Below, piece by piece: positions 12,780-24,830 of a DNA stretch of 64,000 bases; the stretch's first letter is position 1; every line of letters begins with the position of its first letter. The stretch comes from Callorhinchus milii (lineage: Eukaryota): contig NW_024704743.1 of the NCBI RefSeq assembly GCF_018977255.1, positions 51,028,001-51,092,000 on the forward strand. Direction: 5' to 3'. A program made the position numbers and the translations under genes. The notes beneath the pieces are model-generated. The model ran no database searches, had not been told where the DNA came from, and saw only the letters and a program-made list of their open reading frames with translations.

Positions 12780-13092
12780 ATTGGAGGTGATGTCCTTTGG
12801 ATGAGATGTTAAACCGAAATCTCATTTGCCTTTTCAGGTTGACATTAAAAATTCTATTTTTATGCCACTTTTCCAAGAAGAAGGGAGTGTCTCTTTGTCT
12901 CCTAGCCAACAATTCCCCAGATAAAATTAGTCATTCCTTTCATAGCTGTTTGTGGGATATCACTATGTGAAAATTGCCTGCTGCGTTTGCCTACAGAATA
13001 CAGTTACTACATATTACAGTAATTCCTATGAAGAGTTTTGAGACTCCCCAAAATGAAAGGTACTATAGCAAATGCAAGGATTATTTTATTAG
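12780..13092 (+). mobile_element. Deu-domain (SacSINE1-like) SINE, headless
   Basis: ggaggtgatgtcctttggatgagatgttaaaccga...caggttgacattaaaa...gctgtttgtggga...aaatgcaaggattatt. Confidence 0.75.
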
Positions 13093-14092
13093 TATTACTC
13101 AGAGCCTTTGTATTTCTTTGTGTTAACAAAACAATGTTTATCTCTGGAACAATTGTGTAAAAATAACACACTGTGAATTTTTGCACTCCATTTGGTGCAG
13201 GGCACTCTTGCTCAATAAAAACCCCTTTTCTGCGGTTTGCCTCACACATATCAATTAAATGTACTTAAGCAGAGCAGGTATCCTGAAGCACAAAAGCTTT
13301 TTATTTAAAAAAAAGCTGTTTAATATTTACAGTGGGATGGTTGGCAGCTTAAAGAGCTTAGAGCATAGTGGCAACACTGTCTAGACCGTAACAGAGTGTT
13401 GAACAATTAATAGATTAGTATTTACAGAACAATGGTGAGAGTGAGGGTGTGAACTGCAAAATGATGCATGAGTAGAAAATTGCCCTTATTATGTACTTAA
13501 GAAATGCAGACTTCAATAGAAATAAAAAGAGAAACATTTTGGTTTTACTAAACCATTCATTTAATACGAGTATATGCTTAAAGGAAATCTACCAGCTATC
13601 AACATTTAAATTTCTGAAAACCAAGAATTTCCTTAATCAAAGGAGCTTTCCTATCAAGATTAAATTACCAATTCTCGACTGATTTATACACCAATTTTGC
13701 TAACAATGTGTAAAATTGTTATACTTAAATGTTTTTTATTATGCTGTATAAAAATATACTTTGAAAATTACTCCATGCCAGTCTCGGTTTCTTTAAACCG
13801 AGTAAATGCAGTATATACACCACACTTCCACGTAACGGTGTTAAACACATAGGGGAAAACACAATAGGCTAATTGCACCCCATCTGACCCTGAAACTGAT
13901 CTTGTTATTTGACCCTCTGCATTAACAAATACAACTTTTTTTCTTTTTTTAAAAATAAAGATTTGGCCAAGCACTATTTAGCAGCAGATGCCAGTGTGGC
14001 TATGATGGTGCTTTGCCACTGTCCAATTTATTGTACTAAGCTCTGTGTAATAAACATGGCATAAACATGCTTTAGAAGGCAGTTAACCTTTT

Positions 14093-14190
14093 AGACATTT
14101 ACAGCAGAGATGAAGGCTGTTCAGTCCATTGTGTCTGCGCTGGCTCTTTTAAAAGCAATCATTTCAGTCTCATTTACCTGCCCTATCCTC
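14093..14190 (-). mobile_element. CR1 3' UTR fragment
   Basis: tttacagcagagatgaaggctgttcagtccattgtgtctgcgctggctc, similar to 22560 and 49390. Confidence 0.55.
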
Positions 14191-14528
14191 ATCTCATACA
14201 TGTGGACCCTTCTCCTCAGATGTCTGCTTCAGTGGAAGAAGTAGAGTCACATATTGTCTAATTATATTCATAAATGATAAAGCTCTAGAATCCTGGTTCT
14301 TAATTTTCTTTTTCCCTTTCATCTTCCCCTGAAAGTGGAGTTGTGCTGGGGTAGTGTTACTCATCCCTTCCTGGTGTGTGTGGCTTAATTCATACTCAGC
14401 AGCGGTTACCAAAAGAGCCATAAGGGAGCCCTGATTTTTTGTGTTACATTTCAAGTGAACTGGAACTAAGTAATCAGAGAGTGGAAGTGTATTTGCATTG
14501 TGCAGTGTGGTACTCAAGACCAAAGTAC

Positions 14529-14633
14529 CTTCTTTGTATGCTTCAATGCCACCATTTCCATAATATGATTCATCTCTCAGCATATTGTGGGAAATATGTG
14601 TTGTTTTGTGAAGGATAATTTTTCCCTCCATTC
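14529..14633 (-). CDS. Candidate internal exon (105 nt, phase 1-1) MEGKIILHKTTHISHNMLRDESYYGNGGIEAYKE
   Basis: Very strong acceptor tttttttcccacttcttcag, donor GAAG|gtactt; the other two frames are closed. Confidence 0.38.
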
Positions 14634-15129
14634 CTGAAGAAGTGGGAAAAAAAAGATTATAAGTGGGCATTTTAGGACAATAAGGTGGTGAAATGATAGA
14701 TTAGGTAAGAAATTTTACACAATATTTTACTAATGTTTCAGTGGAGAAAACATTATAGTATAATGGTTGTGTTTCAAGTGATTTTTTACTTCAATATCTA
14801 TATGTGACAAGTACAATCTGTTTTATCCTCAATTTTCTCTTCTCCTGAACTCATACTGAGTTACAAAGTCATGAGTATCTATAGTATCTTTCCCAAATGA
14901 GCATTATTCATGTGTGATTCCATAACGTGTGAGAACTACATTTATTGGTTTTGAGACTTAAAGCACTTTGAAACGTCCCCCAACATGAAAGACGCTATAT
15001 CAATGTAAATTATATTGTAATATTGTGGTGAACTGAACCTGAGGTTCTCTGATCTGCATTGTTTAGTGCCACATTTTTCAAATTCTTTAGTCATTCAGGC
15101 TATTAGGGACACTGTTTTTATAATGGTAT

Positions 15130-15495
15130 TAATAATAATAATAAAAATAATCCTTGCATTTGATACAGTGCCTTTCGCTTCAGGAAGATGTCTCAAAGGG
15201 CCTTACGGAATTTACTGTAACGTGCATTGACTGTGTATTTTAACATGGTGTGGCAAAAGTGACAGCCTAATTTGTGCACAATCATGACTCATAAACAGCC
15301 ATGAAGTGAATGAGTGATTTTATTTGGGAGATTGTTGACCAGGACACGGAGAGAAATTTCATAGTGCTGTAGCTTCTTTAACATTACTTTGAATAGGTAG
15401 AGAGCATCTCAATCTAACGTCTCATCCAAAGGATGGCTTCTCCAACTATGCAGTGCTTTCCCAGCATGGTATTGGAATGTCATCCTAGACTATAG
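15130..15495 (-). mobile_element. Deu-domain SINE
   Basis: (TAA)n tail, ccttgcatttgatacag; taacgtctcatccaaaggatggc is the reverse complement of the Deu core. Confidence 0.75.
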
Positions 15496-16249
15496 ACATT
15501 TTAAAGGATTTTTCTTGTACTGAGGTCCAACTGTTGTTAACTGGTACCAGTTAACTCTTCACAAGCTGGGATTCAAACATGGAATTTTCTGGTCTGTATG
15601 GTTTTGTGTAACACTGGGTGGTGGTATTACCATCTTAACCATCAGTGGATCGTATTGCTGCTGCTAATAAATATATAAAATACATAAAATTAGTTATTTA
15701 TTTTATGGCTATTTACGGCTCATTGGGGTGCACAATTGTACTGTCACTTTTGTCTACAAATATGCAGTCAATTCACTTCATAGTAAATCCCGTGAAGGGC
15801 TTTGAGATGTCCTCCTGAGGTAAAAGGCAGGGTACCAAATACAAGGATTATTATTATGCCCATAATAAGCTCCTTTTGTTACAACACTCTCCAACAATTT
15901 CAACACCTCATCCAACATAGTACAATTTTTAGCTGCGAGCAGGAAACCAGCCAGCCGAACAAGACTCAAAATTCTATCTGCTTTCACCTGCAAGATAATT
16001 TTATCCTATAATAGTAACTGTCTTGTTAAAATGTCTTAAACTCAGACTTAATCTAGATGCTGGTCCTTTATAAGAACAACAGTAAATGGTTATTTGTAGG
16101 AGATTGCTATGCTCAAATTGGCTGGCCCATTTTACCTACCTCATAGTCATTGAACTTTACAGTAAAATTCTATGAAGCACTTTGAGATATCCTCCTGTTG
16201 AGAAAAGTGCCATATTTATATACTTATATAAATCCAGTCATTTATATAT

Positions 16250-16603
16250 AATAATAATAATCCTTGCATTTGATAAAGCACCTTATTGCATCTTCAAGCA
16301 CTTCACAGAATATACTGTAAAGTGAATTGACTGTATATCTTGTGGGTGAAACTTCACAGCCAATTGCGCACACCAGTGTACCACAAACAGCTGTGGATTG
16401 AGTGACTTTTTAAAAAAAAGGAATTACTACCCCTGAAAAAGCGATCCGCCAATCGACTAATGACTGGGTTCCTACTTATTGCTAGGAAAAACAGAGGTGT
16501 GGGGAGTAAGGAAACTTGCCCAAACTTTTGCCTTGCTGGAAATCAAACCCAGGTCTTTTGCTTGCAAGGCGAGTGCTCCAACCATTGAGCTATAGGACTT
16601 CAC
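16250..16603 (-). mobile_element. Full-length tRNA-Ala-headed SINE
   Basis: Reverse complement has A box tagctcaatggttgg, TGC anticodon loop, B box ggtttgatttc and the L2-like (TTA)n tail. Confidence 0.88.
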
Positions 16604-16756
16604 GTGTCCAGCTAGAACCACCCTACCTGTTAGGGCTTTGGATTGCAGGGTTAACAGGAGCCAATGAGAAGAATCTTTGCCCCAATCTCTCCCCTCCCAT
16701 TTCTGCTAACAAGCCAGGCTGACTGGTCTGTCATCAGCAGTACCCTGAAGTAATGG

Positions 16757-16884
16757 GAAAATAAATGCAAAATACTGCAAGAAGTTCTGGCGAAGGGTCG
16801 TGGATCTAAAACATTGACTCACTTTCTTTTCTCCACAGATGCTGCCTGACCTGCTGAGTGTTCCCAGCGATCTCTGTTTTTATC
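16757..16884 (+). mobile_element. Penelope-like terminal-repeat relic with decayed hammerhead core
   Basis: ctggcgaagggtcgtggatctaaaacattgac...ctccacagatgctgcctgacctgctgag...ccagc; family assignment is from recall of shark repeats. Confidence 0.55.
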
Positions 16885-19800
16885 ACTGAAATTATGGAAC
16901 CAACTGGCTCTGGAACCAGAGTACTGAGATTACCACAGAGGGTCAACTTAATTTTGATATTTTGTTGACAAGCATGTAAATTTGGAGCCAACTCAGCTCC
17001 AAGGGGTCCACACTTATCTTCCCTGAAGGAGGATCATAAATTGAATGCATTGGTCAAGGGAGATGAACCCAGATCACTAGGGTGAGAATTTTACCACTGC
17101 ACAACCAATGCCCATTTACATTTACTGACAAGTGGAGAAGGACATTCATTGTTGCTTTAAATTTGAGCATAACAGGAAAGGAAAAGCTCTACTGAGACAA
17201 ATAATTAGTCGGCACTCGGTTAAAAGAGGTTTATATCATGAGTTTCACTTTTGTACATGAGAGGACTGACTGACCAAGACACACTATGAGACAGCTCCTA
17301 CCACATTTACCACATTTACGGAACTTTGCTTTTTGCTTCTCTCAAGTACAAGCTGCGCAGGTTAACAAATAGTATTCTGCACCTTTAAAGGTCTGGCACC
17401 ACTGCGTTAAACGAATTCAACCAAAAACAAAAGTTGCTGACATTCTGAGGAAAGTCATCATTAAAAGGTTCCTGAGGGACATGTTTGCACTTTTACATGG
17501 TGTACCTCGTCCATCACTAATAGCAGCAAGATCCATGAGGCAATGTTTTCAGAAAGGTTTGTTGTTCGAAAACCCCACAGAGGACTAGAAAAGTTATTTT
17601 CACACTGCAACTGGTTGTAACAACTCTCCGAGCCATAGATCAGGAATCTGGTCTGCTTTAAACAGGATTTCTGGACAAAATTTGACACAGTGCCCCAGAG
17701 CTGAAAATACTGTGTGGTTTAAACTGACTGGTTTTCCTTGGGGCCAATGGATAGGAAGCATTCTACATGGTTGATGGTGAACTAAACATATTTTCCAGCA
17801 GAAGAGTCACAGAATAAAATCGTAATGTGATTAAACAGACAATAATATCCCCATCTCCTTGGCTCACAGTGGCTGCAACTTGAAACTGTGAATAACAGAT
17901 CTGCTTCTCGGAATACCTTATTAAAATCCTCTAGCCTTCTCCACTAAGTTTAGGTCATTTTATTAAAAATTCAGTTTGAATAGTGCTGTGTGTTTTTATA
18001 GAGCTATGAACAGAGGCAGCAGCTGGTCTCTGTGGCCCTGGTGTCATTATCTGGGACTAAATTTACTTAAAATACGTCCAGCATAATGAAGTAGAATTAC
18101 ATATAAACAGTAATGAATAGGGAGGAGAGAATAATAAGGCAGTAACATAATCAAGGGGTCAGGCGACATCATGAACAGCGAGAGCCATGTATAAGCGATT
18201 CATACACATCAACTGAACCTCTCGCATTGTAAGTATATGACATTAGCAGAATTCAAGTTTATTAGTCAGATTACAAGATTTATTAAACCAGCAAACTCCT
18301 ACTTCATTAATCACGTGACTGGTAAGGTAGGAGAGTATGTTTTGTACAAGAAGATGTTGGGTTATTGACTATTGTTAATGTATTAAAATTGTATTAAAAT
18401 ATTGATCAGAGAGGAGCACTGTGTACTTTTCGGAATCCAAACTAGTTTTACTTGAGGGAGAATATGGTTTTATTTCACTATGTCACTACCAGCTCACATT
18501 CATCCTTCTCCTTAAAGTAACATTGCGGCACGTGCAAAGTAGGCCAATTTGCCTTTTGGTGACCTTTCCACATAGGGTCTCAGCAAGACCTCTTGTGGGG
18601 AGAATTTGCTCAAATTCCCATGTGTTTTTTTATATACATAAACGTCAAGCTTTGCCTTTCTTAAACGTTGGTCGAACTCCAAATCTATCTGTACTCCAAC
18701 TCATTCTGAAAGCTCTTCATTAGTGTAGAGTTTCACTGTTCAGTGTTAATCAAAAAGGGGACACCATACCTTTTAAATTAATAATGACGACATTTTCTTC
18801 CTCATGTACTCAGTTTGCTTTTATTCCCCTTTCTAATTTTTCACAACTCTCAAAAGACTATGATACAGTCAGCTATGGTCATTCTGGTGTTCACTTTCGC
18901 CTTGCGTTACTTAATAACAGAAGGCTTTCTTGTTAGAGATTCTCGCACAGAAGCCAAGCAATGGGGAGTGAAGTACCGTGCTCTAAGATAACAGCCTATT
19001 AACCCCGAATCCACTCATGTCCATTAAATATTACTGACTGCCAGCTGTCAATAGCACTTCAAAGCAAATTTAATTTGTGAGTCAATACTAAATGTAACTG
19101 CATTATGGAGGATAATTTTGGCAAGTTATTAATTTGAATGTTCAAGCTTGCTACTGTCTAGACAGCAGATGACCAATATTTTTGATGCATAGTCACAATC
19201 TAACATGAAGAATATTAGCTTGGTAAAACAATGCAATAAATGGGCTACACTATACAATACCACTGACACTTAAAACAGTTAAAACAGGGGCATTTTAGAA
19301 TTTTACCTTATGATATAAAAAAAACTTTGGCTCAAACAGAATTCTAAAGGCAGCTTTACTCTGATTAGCAAGACTATGAAATATTCGAGCCACAATTCAA
19401 AATATTTTATGTTCAATATCATAAAGCACATGATGAATAATGTTAGATTTACAAATTGCCCTGGATATCATAAAGGTTCAAGACTTCTGAAATATGATAG
19501 AACTCTGCGAGTATCTGTTGTTAGAGAGAACAGAACCCAGTGAAAAATGCAGTCATTCCCATATAATGAGTGGGCTTGGAGCTTTCAGCATTTAAAGAAA
19601 TGTATTACATAAAGTGCAGGCAAATGATTTTCCAATCATTTATAACAAATCGCGACAGTTCACATCCATCTTAAAATAAGGGTTTGATAGAACACTGTGT
19701 AATTATAGTTTGTGCCAAGTTGGTTTCTTCCAGTCTATTTTCTCACTGAACAATGGTTTGCTTTGCTTTTGCTCTCTACATTTTGTTCTTCATGAAACTT

Positions 19801-21673
19801 CCGAGTTGCTCTTAAAAGGCTCAAGTTTGTTTTGCAGACATCACAATTCTTATATATTTTTCCAAAACTTTTCATTCTTCCCAACAATTCTCGTACAGTG
19901 CCACAACTATATAAAAAAAACTTTCATGTGGAAAGAAAATGGTTCTGACTCTATTTAGTCAAGAACAAGTTGAAGCTTTGTGATTTTAAAAAAAAGGCTG
20001 AATGTACATGAATGTCTCTGTGTTATGTGTTTAACTTTAACTCTCAACATAATGATTCATTACAGAACAATGTCTCAGTCTATATTAAAACAAATCATAT
20101 GCTGCAGCCTGTTTAAAAAAATGGTTTAAGGCACTAGGAAAAATACAATTGTGTTTTGGTTTAGTTTGATAGTTGTGAAACGCTGTCTAAGTAGGCCCGA
20201 TGATAAAATGATCATGTACAACACAAATTCTCCATTCAGATCATTTTTTATCCTACAAGTTTATAATCAGGCCAAAGTACTGATATCAACAAGCTATGCT
20301 TTATTCTATTAAATGTAATTTATATTTCCAATAGACATTTTAAAAGCAAAATAATTTTACAACCATGTCCTTGATTTAATTTTGAAATATTACACGAAAA
20401 ATAATGTGATTACAATGAATTGATCAGAATATTACTTAAAGTGATTAGAAATGATTTTCTTAGTATATGCAATTCAATTAAAGTGGTACTGTATTTGATT
20501 ATACTGTAAATACTAAATGGAAACTCTCCCTCTGCAGTATTCCTTTTTGGGGGGAGAGAGCTAACTCTCAAAGGTCTTTAGTGCCATTTTATATTACATC
20601 CATAAAGTATAACAAGATTAGAATGTTTCCATTTTTGGAAAATGCCGTTTATGAAGATATATTCTCTGTATGTTGTGTGCCATATTTGTACTCTGAATGT
20701 CAGTAAGTCTCGCGACCCTACAGTTTACAGCTGAAATGTCATTACTGTTCTAAATCAGCTACTTTAAACATTATTCCCCCTCAATTCATTTCTTTCATTA
20801 TTCCATCATTTAACTTGCGGCTGTTGAACATGAGCAATCGAAAAGAAAAGCAAAGACTGTATTATATCGCCATCCTGGGAGCCTGATTGTTTCTGCTGTG
20901 TTAATTTACACTAAAATCTATGACCCTGGGAGGCTGATTGATTGCTGAGGGCAGAAATCTAGCCCCTGCTCTAGTTTATTTTGTGAACTGTAGCCTTAGA
21001 TATGGCTGCAAGCCATGATGATATTGATTTGATATACACGAGATGCCTCCTTGTGCTCTTTGGAAAATTTATTGTACAGAGTCAAAATACAGTCAAACGG
21101 GAAAAGGCAGCTCTTTAAATTGAAGAGGGTTATCATGATTTGACTCCTAGGTCACTCAGGTTACTGAATGGCCTGAATACAACTTGGCTGAGACTGGCCT
21201 CAGGGATTGGCGTTCATCAGTTTTGAATGTCATCTCCTTTCAATGGTTTAGAATTATTGCTAATAGGGACTTTCTGCAGTGGGTGACATTTGGTTACTTT
21301 ATGAGTTAAGGATTATTACAGTCTTCCAGCTATTGCTGCATCAGGTAGTTCAGCTCATAGCCAGGATATCAGGAGGTGTCAATTTTGTGTTACACTCAAA
21401 CTAGTTTGTACACAATGGAAATTTACACTTGGTGTCATGTTTTTTTCCTCAATATTCAAATCAAAACATTTGTAATATTAAATAATTTTGCACTCAAATT
21501 TTTGGTCAATTTGAGGCACCATCAACACTGCAGTATTTTCTTTCCAGTGACCTATTGGGAGAAACAAACTACAATGACATAATGTTCTATCAAACCTACA
21601 TTTTAAGATGGATGTGAACTGTCGCTAGTTGTCATTTGTGCGTTCACATTGTTGAATTTATATCTCACCCTAT

Positions 21674-22490
21674 AACAACAACAACAACATTTCATTTGTA
21701 TAGCGACTTTCACGTCAGGAGGACGTCCCAAGGAACTGGACAGTCAGTATTTCGGACCTGAGCTGAGGTCGCGATCAGGGAGGGTGAAGGGCAGGGAGTG
21801 AAGCAGGGAGATTAAAAGCACGATTGAAGAAGAGGATCTTGAGATGGGTCTTGAAGATGTTGAGGGAGGGGGCGAGGCAGAGGGACTGTGGGATGGAGTT
21901 CCAGATGGTGAGGGCAGAGTGGCAGAAGCCCCACCCACCAACAGTGGGGTGAGCGAGTCGCGGGACGTGAAGCAGGCTGAAGCCCGCTGAGTGGAGGGAG
22001 CAGGCAGGAGGTAGGGGATTTGGAGGTTGCAGAGGTAGGAGGGAGCAAGGCCAGGGCGGGCTTTGAAGGTGAGGACCAGGATCTTGAACTGTATCCTCTG
22101 TGTGATAGGAAGTCAGTGGAGTTGGGAAAGGATGGGGGTGATAGGGTCACAGATCCTGGTGTAGGGGAGGACACAGGCTTCAGAATTCTGGATGATCTGC
22201 AGCCTGTCGAGGGAGGAGTTGGGGAGGCCAACAAGCAAGGAGTTTGATTGTCAAGCCTCAATATTATGAAAGCATGTATGAGGGTTTCGGTGGCCTGCGG
22301 TGTGAGAGAGTTGCAGAGCCGGGCAATGATGTGTGGAGGTGGAGGAAGGCAGAGCAGGTCATGGCATGAATGTGAGGTAGGAAGGATAGTTGAGGGTGAA
22401 TCAAGATGCCAAGGTTCCGGATCCATGGATGGTGATGCTGTCAGTGCCAAAGATGTGGAGGGGCTGACGGGAGCCAATCAGGAGGCCTTG
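21674..22490 (-). mobile_element. 5'-truncated L2 LINE
   Basis: IARLCNSLTPQATETLIHAFIILRLDN plus downstream frameshifted ORF2; (CAA)n tail at 21674. Confidence 0.93.
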
Positions 22491-22559
22491 GCAACAACAA
22501 CGACTTGCATTTATATAGTACCCCTCATGCGGAGAAGTATCTTGGAGTTTGACAATGGC

Positions 22560-22815
22560 TAGAATCATAGAAATGTACAGCACAGTAAGAGATCATTCAG
22601 CTCATCATACCTATGCTGATTCTCCAAAAGAGCTATCTAGAGTCTTGTTCCCCTATCTTTTCGCCATAACCTTCCATATTTCTCCTTTACAAATTTTTTT
22701 CTAATTCTTTCTTAAAAGCTAGTGTGGATTCTGCCTCAGCCCTAGTTCTAGGTAGAACATTCCATGTCTTAACAATCCTCTGTGTAAAAAAGAATCTATT
22801 CTCCATGATACATTT
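22560..22815 (-). mobile_element. CR1 3' fragment
   Basis: tagaatcatagaaatgtacagcacag...aggtagaacattcca...cctctgtgtaaaaaa. Confidence 0.7.
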
Positions 22816-24444
22816 TGAACCATCAGGACACTGTCCAAGCCAAGTCTTAAATATATCAACCTTGAAACAGAGGTGCCAGTCACAGGCTGATCCATCGTGA
22901 GTAAAATTGTCGATTTGCAGCGATACATGGTATTGAGTAGTTATAGTACGAGCAGAGGGTTGCGACTTTGATCTGCTCGATCACTGAATTCCCAATCTCA
23001 CCTGTTTTGCATCGGAGTTTGGGAACTAAGTAGAAGCTGGCAATCAGTCCATAGGGAGACACATGATCAGAGGGCAAGTCATTGGTCTCCATGCTCACAC
23101 ACCCCCTGGTGACTGTCACATTGAATCTGTTACGAAATTTCACGTTTTTCACTAGTATAGCTTGGAACAGTTTAGCATAACTGCTTGAAAGAGAAATTAA
23201 TCACACTTCTTTGAAAAGCTATCATTGCAAGAATAAATACACAAAGTAAAAACTTTCCTTATGAGTGTGACCTGCAATACCTAAACAGGGGTTACGAGGA
23301 GGTGAACAGCTAACAGTTTCGTTGAGAACACCAACTTTGTCCATTATATTCCTTGTGTTGTATATTTTATCCTAAACACCTAGTCACATCAGGGTAAGAC
23401 CCTTCAAATCCCTTAAGAATATTAAATGTTACAGTTTGCAGAACATGTAGGAATCAGTATTCTCAAACAACATTTGGTAAGTGAATCTAAAAAAAGTGTA
23501 TAAGTACACAAGAAAGCTCTTGTGTTATCTCACAACCATAGTAAGACACCACCGGCAGAATATTCAATTTATTGCACAATTATTGTTCAAGCAGAATTAA
23601 GAATAAATAATTCAGAACGTGGTACAGTCGTTAAGATGATAATTCATCACCGGTAATTCTTTGTGCTGACTTATTGTCTTGGTTTGGAGCAATGTAAATG
23701 AACTTGGTGGCTATGAAACATAAATAAATACATTGCACTCAAGGTAGCAGAGAGAGGTAAAGCAGCTACAGCTCATGCCTTTTTGCTCAATGATTGATTT
23801 TTCTCTGATTATTTCTAAAGTTCACCAGAGCACACACTTTATTGGCATGGGCATACAATGGCTCTGCGCCGTATCTTCTGGAGACAAAAAAATATACATA
23901 GATATCAAATATAATAATGTGATGTTGAAAGGAATCTTTTTGTTGGATTTCGATTTACTGTCACTCCAGTTTATTTGAAAGAGTTGGCCTCTGCAATAAT
24001 AACAGAAAGGTTGATGTGCACGTTAGACTGGCACACAGATCTTTAGGAGCCTTACCAACCCCTTTTTAGTGTGTGATAAAGTTCATATGGCAACAAGTGC
24101 TGAACCAAAATGAGAACAAATATGGGTACAACTAAATACAAATACTGGTATAGTTACAAACACATACTGTACAAACTAAAACAAGAACCACAAACTTCAC
24201 TCATGCTTTTGATGTGGGATGAATGTCCGGAAGTTTCCTTTCATGGACAGCTGCGAGGATCTTAAGTGAGATTTTGATGAACATAAGTTTGGAGCACATT
24301 GTAAACCCGTGCCTTGATTTCATATTGGGATTAATTCAGACTTTGTTTTCCATAAAAAGTAGCTGAAAATAAAATAAGTAGTTATTTTGGTTCGCAGCCT
24401 CATGCTGCTTTTCTCAATGAACAAAGTGAATCGTTTCATGAAAC

Positions 24445-24830
24445 GGAGTCCTGTAGCTTAGTGGTTAGAGCACTCGCCTCGCAAGTGAGAGGACATTGGT
24501 TCAATTCCTGGGCACTGCAAAATGTTTGCTTACTCAACACCCATCTGTTTACTTAGCAGTAAGTAGTAACCTGGTTGTTAGTCCCACAAACAGTTGGCGG
24601 ATCACTTTTCTGGGAGTAATAATCCCTTCAAAAAATAATGATAATATGGTCACTCAATCCGCAACTGTTTGTGGATCACTCCTGTGTGAATTGGCTGCCG
24701 CATTTCGCCCCCAAATATACAGTCAATTCTTTCCATAAGATTTTTTGTGAAGCAAATTATCTTTGAGACATCACAAAGATGTGATAAGGTGCTATATCAA
24801 ATGCAAGTATTATTATTATTATGATGATGA
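24445..24830 (+). mobile_element. Full-length tRNA-Ala-headed SINE
   Basis: A box tagcttagtggttagag, ctcgc-ctCGCaa-gtgag arm, B box ggttcaattcc, tail gctatatcaaatgcaag(tat)n. Confidence 0.9.

Noticed and set aside
24451..24515. tRNA gene-like sequences (also near 16540-16600, 38400-38465, 45110-45175, 52735-52795, 58252-58312)
   Set aside because: Each continues into a SINE body and tail and lacks a proper acceptor stem; these are SINE heads, not tRNA genes
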